From assembly GCA_024137785.1 (NCBI GenBank), contig JAHRHZ010000056.1, forward strand, positions 18,385,013 through 18,449,012: a DNA stretch of 64,000 bases, written 5' to 3'. The notes under the pieces are model-generated. The model was given only the letters and a program-made list of their open reading frames with translations. It was not told the origin of the DNA and did no database searches. The DNA is from Ginglymostoma cirratum. Taxonomy: Eukaryota. Shown here in pieces: positions 50,814 to 62,928 of the stretch; the stretch's first letter is position 1, and each line of letters begins with the position of its first letter. A program made the translations under genes and the position numbers.

Positions 50814-51065
50814 CAGACCTCAAAGGGATATTGTGTTGTACAGTGTGAATGATAATGAGATGGTGATGTAAACCTTGATGTAACGGTGGCATCAACAGTC
50901 ATATACAAGATACTGGGAAGAAAGAATAATGTTTCAATGAGAGATGAACTTACAGAGAACAGTATTCTGTACAGTAACAGAGCTTTTAGAAAGTTAACAG
51001 AGTCAAGCAGTAGTCAATCACAGCTGAAGGGAAAGTACTACAGACCATAAACTACAAGAACTGAC

Positions 51066-51706
51066 AACATAGAACATAGAACATTACAGCACAGTACAGG
51101 CCCTTTGGCCCACGATGTTATGCCAAAATTTTACCCTAAACCTAAGGTCTATCTAACCTCCACCGCTACCTTATACTATCATCCATATGCCTATCTAATA
51201 GCGTCTTAAATGCCCTTAATGAGGCCGACTCCACTATGCTCTCCAGCAATGCATTCCACGCCCCGACCACTCTGAGCAAAGAACCTACCTCTGACGTCTC
51301 CCCGATATCTACCTTCTTTCACTTTAAAACTATGTCCCTCGTAAAATGTACCTCCACCCTAGGAAAAAGTCTCTGGCTGTCTACTCTATCTATACCTCTG
51401 ATCATTCTGTACACCTCTATCAAGTCACCTCTCATCCTTCGTCGTTCTAAAGAGAAAAGCCCTAGCTCTCTCAACCTTTCCTCATAAGACCTTCCCTCCA
51501 TTCCAGGCAACATCCTGGTAAATCTCCTCTGCACCTTTTTCAACGCTTCCACTTCTTTCCTGTAATGAGGTGACCAGAACTGGGCACAATATTCCAGATG
51601 TGGCCGAACCAGGCTTTTGCACAGCTGGAGGATAACTTCACGGCTCTGGAACTCAATCCCTCTATTAATGAAAGCTAACACACCATATGCCTTCTTAACA
51701 ACTCTA
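51066..51706 (-). mobile_element. CR1 LINE 3' portion (relatively young)
   Basis: LAFINRGIEFQSREV..RPHLEYCAQFWSPHYRKEVEALKKVQRRFTRMLPG; (aacatag)n tail. Confidence 0.93.
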
Positions 51707-52439
51707 CAAGGAGAAACATTTCTCCGATATGCAAAATATGACCTTGAACCTCAAACTTCATGGCACCAAAACAATAGACATACTGAAATGGGCAGACCCA
51801 CAAGACAAACTAATAACATTTAATGCAATACAGCTTTCTCAGTGCTAATTTGAGGTAATTCGTGCCAATGTTGCCCATTACCTTGGCCATTACACTCTGG
51901 AATATCTTCTCTAAACATCATTGGCTCTCTGCCTTGTTTTCCTCCTTTACAATCATCTTTAAAACCCACCCTTATGAGCAAGGTCTAAACCAAAATTTCC
52001 TTTTCTGGCTTAGTGTCTGTTTTATTTCATATTGCTCTGGTGAATTGCCTTGGGATATTTTATGACATTAAAGATGCAATCTCAATGAAGATGTTGTTGC
52101 AGACTGAACTCTGACCAGCACAGGTCTATTTACTAAACCTACAGTCACCATTCTGTTCTAGGAACATCTAAAACTATTGTTATTATTAAAATCTAGACAG
52201 TCTCATAGCAACACAAAAAAAAAAAATCAGAAAATACATTTTGAAGGGGAATATAATGTTTGGCACTAACAAGTATGGTGGTCTCAGTGCAGCTGTTGTA
52301 TCCAGAATATGTTGTATTAAGGTGGCAAATCTATCTTGCTTCTCCAACTTTGTCCCCATAGCCACAAACACACAGGGATCATTGGCATTCAGTTGTTATT
52401 AGAATCTTAGAAACACTTTGCAGATTAGGCAATACATGG

Positions 52440-52590
52440 GAACAATGAAACAGAGTTAACATTTTAACAAAAAGTCATTGATCTGAATTAACTCTGTATC
52501 TCTCCACAGATCCTGCCTGGCCTAATGAGTATCTCCACCATTTTCTCTTTTTATTTCAGATTTACAGCCTCTGCAGTTTATTTTTGTACA
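52440..52590. mobile_element. Penelope pLTR with a short inverted arm
   Basis: acagagttaa...ttaactctgt; ctccacagatcctgcctggcct..tttcagatttacagc. Confidence 0.65.
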
Positions 52591-53714
52591 ATGAGAATCT
52601 TGCTTTTTTTGTGACAAAGATATTGTAGCAGTTGTGTAGAACGCTGCTTATGCCTCAAAGGATTTGAGTTAATGGTTGAACTTTGCTTGGGCCTTCGAAT
52701 ACTCTGCCACTATGACGTTGGCAGGAGTATGCCAGAACCTGTGCTCACATGTATTTTACTAAAACATTGGCGGCAGATCCAGGAGAAGCCCAGAGGACGT
52801 CCTTGGTGATTGGTTTAAGTCATTTACCAGCACTGTGGCACCAGTAGTAGTATAATGGCAAAATGATTGCAACAGACTCTGAGAACAAACTGTTTGAACC
52901 TCATTTCACAGAGAGGTCCATGGATACAGGGAAATTGTTACACCAAACTATTTATGTACATTCAGAAAAGGAACTGGATGTATTCAGCCATTCACTGGAA
53001 GCTATAACTTTTGTCAGTAAGGTGCCAAGAAGTGTGTGTAAATTAACGGCAGAGATTTTCCATAACAGAAAGTCAGCAGGCTAGGAGACAATTAAGCATT
53101 TCATACCTGCATCAGCTTCCTTGAAAATTCACATACTTCGTCTCATTCCCCTGCCTGTTCCCCATGTCCTTTAAATTTTTTCCTTAGCAAATATTTATCC
53201 ACTTAAAGGCTATTAAAGAGATTTGTTTTCTAGAGGAAGACATATATACAACATGGAGAAATGTGATAACTGCTTCAGCGCACATATCCTTAATAGGGAA
53301 ATCTAAGATGAAAAGAATTCTGACAAAACATTTGCTGCAAAATATTCCCATAATTCCAGATATTACTAAGCCATTTCAGTCATGCTCATTTGATGCAGCA
53401 ACAAATATAACTCAAAATGTCAAACATTTGCCTGTTTATTAAACACTGCAAACTAACTAGTACAATTAAATCTTAATCTAGCAGACATCAATGCCTTACA
53501 AATAAACAGCAGCTAGCTGGAATGTTCCCAACTTCAAATACGTCAGTTCAAATACCAACTGCTTGTGTCTTGTTTGAGACCTAACGCAATCCTTACTATA
53601 GCAACCAATACAAAAAATTTAATAAGCTAGAGATTACAGTCGGGCTAGAGAATTTGTGTTACCATAGATCTTGGATTAAGTAGAGGATAGTCTGTCCAAT
53701 CACTCAAAAAGGAA

Positions 53715-53990
53715 TAAAGACGTACACTTAAAATATTGAAGAGTTTCCACAGTGCTGTACACCATTGAACTTACTTTATGAAGTGCTGCCCTGACTATGC
53801 AGTTAATTTGCTCACAGTATGGTCTCAGAAACAACGATGAAAGGAATGATCTGTTTTAATGATGTTGATTGTGAGATAAAAATTGGGGTCAGAAAAACTG
53901 CTCTTCCTCAGAATAATGCCTTGGAATCCTTTGCCCAAGAGAGCAGATATGTCTATTTACTATATGTTATTACCAGTTGCCAGAAACTAC
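53715..53990 (-). mobile_element. Degraded DeuSINE
   Basis: ttactttatgaagtg..aatttgctcacag..gagataaaaattgg..ctgctcttcctcagaataatgcc. Confidence 0.5.
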
Positions 53991-54377
53991 ATCCATCAAA
54001 CTCTGCATGACCTAAGAAACTGAACACATATCAATTAAGGAGAATACATATAAAAATCATTGGAATAACATGAATATCATACTTTATTTTAAATTAATTG
54101 AGCTTTCTTGAATAATTGTTACATTCTGAAATACATTAAATTGAGTTTTAATTAAAAATGTTATGAAGATACTTACTAGGAATGAGAATTACAGGCACAG
54201 AAATAAATTTATTTCTAATTTTTTTAACCAACAGTTTGACAGTACAGCATTGAAATTGGATGCTTCATGCACATCAGTGATGGTTTGCTAGTTAGAACCT
54301 CTCTTTTTCTAGTGCACATCTCACATTTTGATATTGGCTCTGACGCCATTTTTTTTCAAGGAACAGTTCCATAATAT

Positions 54378-54745
54378 TGGGGAGGCAATGGCCTAGTGGT
54401 ATTATCACTGGACTGTTAATCCAGAGACCCAGATAATGTTCTGGGGACCCAGGTTCAAATCCTGGCACGGCAGATGGTGGAATATGAATTCAGTAAATAT
54501 CTGGAATTACAAATCTAATGATGACCATGAATCCATTATTGATTGTTGGGGAAAAACCCGTCTGGTTCACTAATGTCCCTTTAGGGAAGGAAACTGCCAT
54601 CCTTACCTGGTATGGCCTCCATGTGACTCCAGACCCAAGCAATGTCATTGACTCTGAACTGCCCTCTGGGCAATTAGGGATGAGCAATAAATGCTACCTG
54701 GCCAGTGATGCCCTCATCCTGTAAATGAATAAAGAAAGAATAAAA
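54378..54745 (+). mobile_element. tRNA-headed bipartite SINE, full length
   Basis: A box tggcctagtgg, B box ggttcaaatcc; LINE 5'UTR joined at ctgccctctg|ggcaattagg to the LINE 3' tail. Confidence 0.9.
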
Positions 54746-55264
54746 ATAGAGTAGACATGTTCCACTTTAATGGCTGAAATTTTCTCAATTGGATTGAGGA
54801 TCACTCTTATTTTTGACATCATCTGATAATACGTTGCTTTCCATACATTTCAATTAAGAGAGCATCAACACACGGCAGCACTCATTTCAAGAAAAAAAAC
54901 ACTTTGTAAATGATTTCAGCCTCTCAAAAATGACAAAAGAAAAACAACTTGTGTTATTCCTTTGCAATTGTTAATTCAGTAACTATGTTTTGAGGGTGGA
55001 AACGGGATGTGGTGAGCTCATAACAAATTGCACAGATATCAGGAAAACTTCAATGCAATAATCAGGATGTCCTCATATGATTAACAGGTAATAGGGTACA
55101 ATATTCACAGCTGATTTAGCCAAAGATATAAAGCATGTTACAAGTGGTTCCAAGTGTTTTATCACAGACGTAGCCATTTGCCTGGTTCTTTTAAGAACAA
55201 AGCAAATATTAGGCATTGAGGGGTTAACAATTCTAAGGAGCGACATTGAAAATTTGAGTTAAAT

Positions 55265-55385
55265 CTTGACCTGAAATGTTAACTCTGATTTCTCTCCACA
55301 GATGCTGCCAGACCTGCTGAGCTTTTTCAACAATTTCTATTTTAGTCTCTGATTTATAGCAACCATAGTTCTTTCAGTTTTTAAT
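55265..55385 (+). mobile_element. Penelope pLTR monomer (family A)
   Basis: gacctgaaatgttaactctgatttctctccacagatgctgccagacctgctgagc. Confidence 0.8.
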
Positions 55386-56005
55386 TGAGAAGTTGAGGCC
55401 TGTGGCCCAGGATAGTTCTAAAGTTAAAATAATAGAAAGGTCAGGTAATGATGAAAAGATCTAAGCACAAGTTTTGAAAACCTTAAGGTTGTCAAAGGAA
55501 AGAAAATGGAGAGAGAAGAAAGAGTTTAAAGAAAAACCTTGAGATATGTACATAGTGAGGAAAACCTGAAGTTATTGTCCATTCCTTATGTCCTTGAAAA
55601 GGTAATAGTGAAACGCACCATCTTGAACCACTACAGTTCTGTGGTGAATGGAAATGCTACAATAAGTAAGAAGTTTCAAGGTTTTGACTTCAAGGACAAA
55701 TATTGTGAACTTTTCAAAACTATTTGTGTTGGACGAATTGCTCCTGGAAAAGGTAACCTGTTGTAACGTGACCATTCCCAATTAGCAGCTCTGGTGGTGC
55801 AGTCCAGTTGGGTGCTGGCACATGGAGCGAGGAACTGAAGTAAAATTCATCTCCTCCACCAGTTCAAAATAGGCAATAGTGAATCAGTGGCCTGTTTAAA
55901 ACTCCACTCAATTTTTAAGAATAATTTACATGTATATTAACCTAAAATTTGCTGGGTTAGATGAAATAAGATTAAGTTAAATGAAATCTGGTGATGACTT
56001 AATTT

Positions 56006-56200
56006 TCCCATCACCAAGTTACCCTTTATTTACATGTGGCAAGTCCTTGACAGTGATCAGCTTCCTCAGAGTGAGCAGGATGCCTGACACTCCTGTTTAT
56101 ATCAGTCAGCCAGGGGTTCCTGATTGGATCAGGTTAACAGGTTAATGAGGGAACTCATATTCAAGAGGTCCACCTGGCTGACCTCGTTACAATCACGACA
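56006..56200 (-). mobile_element. Solo LTR (partial), same family as 18855-19060
   Basis: Minus strand starts TGT and contains CCAAT, TATAAA and AATAAA; shares cccatcaccaagttaccctttatttacatgtgg. Confidence 0.8.
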
Positions 56201-56549
56201 ATGGACCATATAAAGCCTGATGGTTACTTAATGATTAGAAATGCAACTTTTTTTTAAAGAGTTTCTATGTTAGGCTGAAGGAGTATATGTGCATCCAGAA
56301 TGAAGCTTATAACTCAGCAGTAATGGACTGAACTGTCACAGTAACTCTGGAAAAGCTGAAGCTTTGTTTAAGTCAACCACAGTGCATCATATGTGATCAT
56401 GTGGGCTATTTAGCAGCTGACTTGGTGATTGTCATGGAGCTGTGCTGTGTAAATATCTTTCGGTGGAATGGATGATGTAAAAGTAGTGAACAGCAAATAC
56501 ATACTATATTTTGTGTCAAGCTTTATGAAAGTCAAGTGATAGCTACCAT

Positions 56550-57155
56550 CCCAGGTCAGGAGTGTGATGGAATACTTCCCACTTGCCTGGACTAGTGCAG
56601 CTCCAACAAGAAGCTTGACACCATCAAGTGTGGATATAAGTGGGATCCTTTTCAGAGGATCGGTATGGACTCACTGGACCAAATGGCCTCCTTCCACACT
56701 TTAGGGATTCTATGATTCTATTATTCTATGATCAAGGATAAAGCAACCCATTTAACTGCACCACATCGAAAATCACCCACTCCCTCCACCACCACTGCTC
56801 AGTAGAGGTAGTGTGCACTATCTACAGAATACACTGTAGCAATTCACTAACGATCATTCAACACACCTTCTTAATCCATGACCACTTCCATCTAGAAAGA
56901 CAATGTAGCAAATACAGGGGAACACCATCATGTGAAGTTTCCCCTCCAAGCCACTTATCTTCCTGACTTGGAAATATATTTTGTTGTTTCTTCATTGTCG
57001 CTGAATCAAAATCCTGGAATCTCCTCACTAATGGCATCATGGGTATATGAACCAAATGGACTGTAATAGTTCAAGAAGGCAACTCACTGCCACATTCTCA
57101 AGGGCTACTAATGACAGGTAATAAATGCTGGCAAGATTAGTGAATTTTAAAAAAA
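56550..57155 (+). mobile_element. 3' part of the CR1-group LINE with a nested HE1 tail (~56627-56730)
   Basis: QVRSVMEYFPLAW..AAP; homologous to 41860-42370; gggattctatgattcta insert. Confidence 0.8.
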
Positions 57156-58954
57156 AATCTTCTTTCTAAGAAGACACAAGCAAGTCTAAGTGAGGTTTGG
57201 GAGTAGTCTTAATGAGTTAATTGATCAAACTGACATGAAAATCATAGCATGTTTATGGTGTTTACCAGTTGTCAAACTGATCATTTTCTGGAGACTGGAT
57301 CAAGTCAAGGGTGTAAACACATAGTTTCTTCATATGGAAACTTATAAAACAAGCTTCCTCTGAGGAAAACAATAGCTAGCTCAGGGAGATGAAGTGATCA
57401 ATGGCTAGAAGTTAATATGGAGTAGGCTGATCACCTATTGTGGTCTGATCTTTGACAAGTCCATGTAAAAGGACTCACTTGTAATTGTAAACATTGCGTT
57501 GGTAGGACTTTTGCAGTTTTTTTCAACTTTAACAAAAAATGGGTATATTCTGTTGTTAGAACTGCCTTGGATTATTGACATCCAGACTAAAACTGATGGA
57601 CTAGGGAAAAGCGGAATAAAAGCCTACATTTAGAGCAGGTGGTTGATTCAACTAGCTTCTACAGGCCATCATCAGGTATAAACTTCTGTCTCCTTAATCA
57701 CCATAGAGTAAGTCCTCAGTGTTTGTAGGTATCATCAGGGCATGCCTCATTTTCAAGCTATTTCTACTAACATTGGCATCATGGCAAACATTCCCTCAGG
57801 TCAAAGTGAGCTTGAAAAAGGAGTGCTGAGCCATCACAGAACCTCTTTGTGCAAAATGCCAAAGCACTAATCCAGTTTATGAATACAAGCAGTACGGCAA
57901 CAATTAAGGTACAATGATAGGAATTCTACTGCTCCTCATGTATGGTAACTGCATGATCCATCATTTATCAAAATCTAAATTTAAAATGGCAAGGACATGT
58001 TTTAACATCCTCACTTCTGTCACAGTACAATCAAATGCATTGTTCTCCGTTTACACAATTTCTTCAGAGACAGTTATTTTGCCCAGTATATGTAGCTCAT
58101 GTACATCATCAGTCACATACAGACATATGCTTATCTCTACTATTGGTATCTAATCTGATCTAATCAGTCAGAGTTGGCTGTTTTAAATGTACCCATATTT
58201 GTATTGTTACAGTACTGTTATTCAAACAAACCTCAAAACTGATGTTTAAGGTTCTTTGTTGCCCTGATAGAGGCCAGAAAGAGTCTGCATTTTAACTGAT
58301 GTGCCCTATTTTTGACCTAGAATTACTGAGGCATCACTGGAAGCAAAGCAGAAAGATTTTTGTTCTTCTGCATGCTACCTTGACAAATATGCTTGCAGAG
58401 GGAAAAGCCTGTCTGATTTACCTATCACCTGCATGGTGATCATGGCTGACTGTCTGATTTGTCTTCCAAGGGCAATTGTATTCACCCAGCTAGACTTTGT
58501 TCACTTGCATTCCTGACAACTGCTGTTTATTGATTTGGAATACCATTAATATTAATTCAGCTGCAAGAAGCTGCTTGTGTGGTGTTGCACTCACAGTGTC
58601 AGTACAATAAGGTTCTCACTTTCACTTTCTTATTAACTTGCAAAGTGTCAGACGGTTTTAAAGGCTTTGTGGTTTGTCAAACAAAGTGTCAATCAGTCAT
58701 CAGTGAGGAGCTTTGTATCTTCTTTCAAGACTTAAAAGGCAAAAACACTTAAAGGAAAATACGTTCTTTGCTTTCCCTATATATGCTGAAGGTTTTTACA
58801 TTCCAGCATTTACCTGGATTGGTTTCTCGTTACAGACTCAATCAGCTAAGGATATACTCATGATTGCAGTAATCCTTTATGTAGTAGTTTAGACAGCAAT
58901 GTCTTAAAGGTAGAACCAAATTGTTCCAATCTTTTGGAATGTTCTTGCAACATT

Positions 58955-59225
58955 AGAAAGAAAGCATTTGCATTTTATATATAATCGTCCATGACTTCCG
59001 AATGCCCCAAAATGATTTGTAGCCAGTCATTTTGAGGTGTTATAATATTGGGAACATAGCAACCAATTTCAGTAAAGCGAGGTCCAGAAAACAACAATGA
59101 GACAATGACCAGACTAATTGCTGTTGGCTGAGGGATAAATATTGGCCATGATTCCATGGAAAAGCACTAAAGAATCTGCTGTGGCTATCACAGATCACAA
59201 GCAGAGATTTCAGTTCAACATCATC
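58955..59225 (-). mobile_element. Degraded DeuSINE
   Basis: ttgcattttatat tail; gttggctgagggataaatattggcc is the reverse of the Deu motif. Confidence 0.55.
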
Positions 59226-59312
59226 ATAGTTGTCCTAAGGCTAAGGTCTTTATGATGTTTCTGTACAATAATGCACAATGTATCTGGCAATGAGCTGATT
59301 ATCTGAATACCT

Positions 59313-59850
59313 AGAACATAAGAACATAAAAAATTGGAGCAGGAATAGGCTATTCAGCCCTTATAACTTTTCTTTTAACTTTTCATTGTGATGATGGCTG
59401 ATCTATCTCAAATTCACCTTTCTGCACTCTCCCCATATTTCTTAATTCTCTTAGTGTCAATCTCGGTGTTGAATATACTAAATAGTGGAATATCCACAAA
59501 CCACAGAGTGAGAGAAGTCCACAGTTATAAGTAAAGAAATATTGCCTCATCTCAGTCCTAAGTGGCCAAAATGGGGCAAAAATGGGAAAAGGGTAATGAT
59601 TTGGATGTCAACCATGATCATGTTGAAAGGTGGAGTATGCTTGAAGGGTCGAATGGCTGACTCATGTTCTTAGTTTCTATGTTTCTATAACCTCTTATTC
59701 TGAAAGTGTAACCTTTATTTCTAAATATCCCTGTCAGAGGAAATATACTTCTAGTGTCCAGACAGTCATCCTCCCTAGGAATTTAAATGTTCCAATGAGA
59801 TCATGTCTCATTCTTCTAGGTTTCAGAGAATACAAGAGGACAACACTTCT
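59313..59850 (-). mobile_element. CR1 3' portion with a nested opposite-strand CR1 tail (~59570-59688)
   Basis: agaacataagaacat tail; LYSLKPRRMRHDLIGTFK; inserted gaagggtcgaatggc..tttctatgtttctat. Confidence 0.75.
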
Positions 59851-60282
59851 TCCCTCAAATTGAACCTTCGGTTCTCTCTTCCAAAAGTGGGTAAATGAAG
59901 TGGTTATTTCGAGAGACACCGATAAGTGTCTTTGTCCAGGTTTTTACATTGCTCGTTGATGTTTTGAAACATTTAGTGGCTAACCGCTGGTGTTACAGAG
60001 GACTGGCATTAGATGTTACCTAGAAGGCTAAGAGAACTAGATCACCAAGCATGGACTATTACCACCCCTTGGGACACAGAGATAGAAGCTGTTCTGGATA
60101 GTTTACCGAAAACATGATTTGATGTGCCCTTTGTTGCTTTTTTAATAATACCAACACCATTACAATCTCATTAAACACCAAGTGACAACAACAACCAACA
60201 GTAACCATCAAACAAATAATACCACGTGCAAGTGGCAAAGTTGACCACATCCTCAATTCTCATATATATCCATTATACCCTG

Positions 60283-60623
60283 CAGGGAGGCGATGGCCTA
60301 GTGGTATTATTGCTGGACTGTTAATCCAGAGACCCAGATAAAGTTTGATCCCATCACGGCAGATGGTGGAATTTGAATTCAATAAAATATCTGGAATTAA
60401 GAATTTAATGATGACCGTGAATCCATGGTCAATCGTTGGAGGAAAAAACCATCTGGTTCACTAATGTTCTTTAAGGAAGCAAACTGCCATCCTTGCCTGG
60501 TCTGGGCTACTTGTGACCCCAGACCCACAACAATGTGGTTGACTCTTCACTGCCCTCAGGGCAATAAATGCTGGGCCTAGCCAGTTACACCCTCATCCCC
60601 TGAATGAATAAAGGAAAAAAGAA
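60283..60623 (+). mobile_element. tRNA-headed bipartite SINE
   Basis: gggaggcgatggcctagtgg head; possible TSD accctg at 60277-60282 and 60624-60629. Confidence 0.88.
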
Positions 60624-61317
60624 ACCCTGGCACCAAATGGAAAGTGCTTATCACTCATGGCATAAAATTGACACAGTTTTAACAGGATGTACATATTTAT
60701 TCTGTTCTCCCTGTCTGGTACTTCTATTATAAAAGATATGAATCTTAGTACCCATTGGGTGGGCTTCCTTTATGGTCTCCTTCACAATAGGCTAGTCTTC
60801 AACTATTGGATCGCCTGGTCCAACAAGCCTGACTCTGAATCCAGGTCTACATAGGAACAGTTTAACTGTCTATTGGGTCTCTTTCAATGGACAACTGGAT
60901 CTTGTGTGGCATGTGCACTTACCACAGGGCGCTACCATTGACACTTCTGTAGGAAGGTTGTTTGCCCGGGATGCACCTAACTGGCTTATTCTCAGTTTGA
61001 TGGGTGGATACTAAGGTACACTAACTACCTTGATGCTTGTAGATCGACAGCCATCTCGTAGTTTTTCTCTCGGTCATTTAGCCAGCACTGCTACAGTGAT
61101 AGCCAATAGCAGCACTATTGTTGTTACCGGCGGGGCCATGACTAACACTGTGACAGTTAAAACTATGTGAAACCTGACGCAGAAGTAACTAGTCAGGTGA
61201 GACTCAACCAGGAGACACAACTGAGACAGTCATAGCTACGTCAGACAAAGTAATCTTTCTCATCTCAAGCCTCTCTAATCCCAAACACCAAGTCACTCAC
61301 AAAACCGATTTTTTTAA

Positions 61318-61659
61318 TAAAGAATCTGTATGGTGAGGAAACAGGCCATTCAGGCCAACAAATCCACAGTGACCTTCTGAAGGGCATCCCACCCAAACTC
61401 ATCTCCCTACCTTATCCCTGTGACCCTGCATTTACCATGGCTTATGTACCCAAGCTACACATCCCTGACAACTGTGGATAATTTAACATGGCCAATCCAC
61501 CTAACCTGCACGTCTTTGGACTATGGGAGGAACCAGAGCACTTGGCAGAAACAGAGAGAACATGCAAACTCCACGCCGACAGTAGCCTGAGGGTGGAATC
61601 GAACCCAGGTCCTTGGCACTGTGAGGCAGCAGCGCTAACTACTGAGCTGCCATACTGCC
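61318..61659 (-). mobile_element. HE1 (V-SINE)
   Basis: ggccaatccacctaacctgcacgtctttggact V-domain; head and tail present. Confidence 0.9.
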
Positions 61660-62296
61660 TTGGTCTTACTGTGTTGAGAAAAAGACATCATTGCATAATT
61701 TTTGTTTTAATTTTTACTTTCCCAAGAGTTTCTAATTCATAGTCACAACATAAATGCTTTTAAAACATAAAACATGCCATCGTTTCTTCCCTTGTCCATT
61801 TTCCTCTCCTGGTCATTTCTACCTGGATCATGTCCTGTTGTTTAACTGTATTTTTCCACTTCCCAATAAAAAAGTGATGATCAGTCACTGTGAAACTGAC
61901 CCAGTCACAGTGGTCAGAAGGAGAGAAAAATAAACAAACTCTCAGCAAATCTATCTGCATCTGTGAAGACAGCATTTGCTATCTATATATTAGAAGGGTA
62001 TGGATTCTCTAGGGGCTTACATAGTCTGGTGTGTGCAGAACCCATGGTGTATGTGGGGTAGCTAACTCCTGTTGTAACTAGAAGAGTTTTGTAAACAAGA
62101 TGTCATTTGTTACTTCTCTGAAACTATTTACAAATTAGAAGAAAAGGCTGAAATAAGGCTGTTATGAATACCTAGCCTTAGGTTTGAATCCAATGAGTCC
62201 CTATTTTACCCTCCCACCAAGTTATGATGCTATCACAGTGGGCCGAGGTTCCTTCACTCAATCAAGTATGCCATGACAATGGAGGAACCTTGAAGG

Positions 62297-62928
62297 GTGG
62301 CATTTACCACACTTGCATTCATTGCTCAGTCCTTTGAGTATAGGAGTTGGGAAGTCACAATGAGATTGTACAGGATATTGGTGAGGCCTCTTCTAGAGTA
62401 CTGTGTCTAGCTCTGGTTGTCCTGCTATAGGAAGGGTATTATTAAGCTGGAGAGGGTTCAAAAGGGATTTGCCAGGATGGTGCTGGGAATGGAATGTTTG
62501 AGTTATAACGAAAGGCTGGATAGGGTGGGACTTTTTCCATAGAGTGTAGGAAGTTGAGAGGTGACCTTATAGAGGTTTATAAAAATCATATGAAGGGTAT
62601 AGACAGGGTTAATGACAGGTATCTTTTGCCTAGGATGGGGGAATTTCAAGACTATGGGACATATTTTTAAGGTGAGAGGAGAGAGATTTAAAAAAGACAT
62701 GAGGGGAAATTTTTTTTATACAGAGAGTGGTTCACGTAGGGAATGAACTTGGATACTGGTACAATTACAGCATTTAAAAGACACATGGATAAGTACCTGA
62801 ATAGGAAAGGTTTGGAGGGATATGGGCCAGGAGCAGGCAAGTGGGACTACTTTAGTTTAGGATTATGTTTGGCATGGACTGGTTCGACCAAAAGCTCTAT
62901 TTCCGTGCTGTATGACTCAGTGACTCTA
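62297..62928 (+). mobile_element. CR1/HER1 LINE 3' portion
   Basis: LAFIAQSFEYRSW..LVRPLLEYCV..KLERVQK..RGDLIEVYK; tail tatgactcagtgactct. Confidence 0.9.

Noticed and set aside
50288-50871. ORFs of 167 and 174 aa
   Set aside because: Artefacts of the N gap.
52863-53084. 73 aa ORF
   Set aside because: FTERSMDTGKLL..EKELD is a decayed CR1 C-terminal motif.
54378-54470. tRNA-Asn-like cloverleaf
   Set aside because: It is the head of a SINE/LINE repeated in the window, with an atypical long variable arm; not a tRNA gene.
55539-55781. Overlapping ORFs with a donor-like aaggtaac
   Set aside because: 55585-55690 aligns by eye to the reverse of the LINE 3' end (42200-42310), so it is a repeat remnant.
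57479-57526. Possible 48 nt minus-strand exon ending at a gtgagt donor
   Set aside because: Peptide not recognised and no supporting evidence.
60059-60256. ORF ending LCPKGW, reminiscent of a C-type lectin start
   Set aside because: Stops immediately with no lectin motifs; treated as part of the decayed ORF finding.
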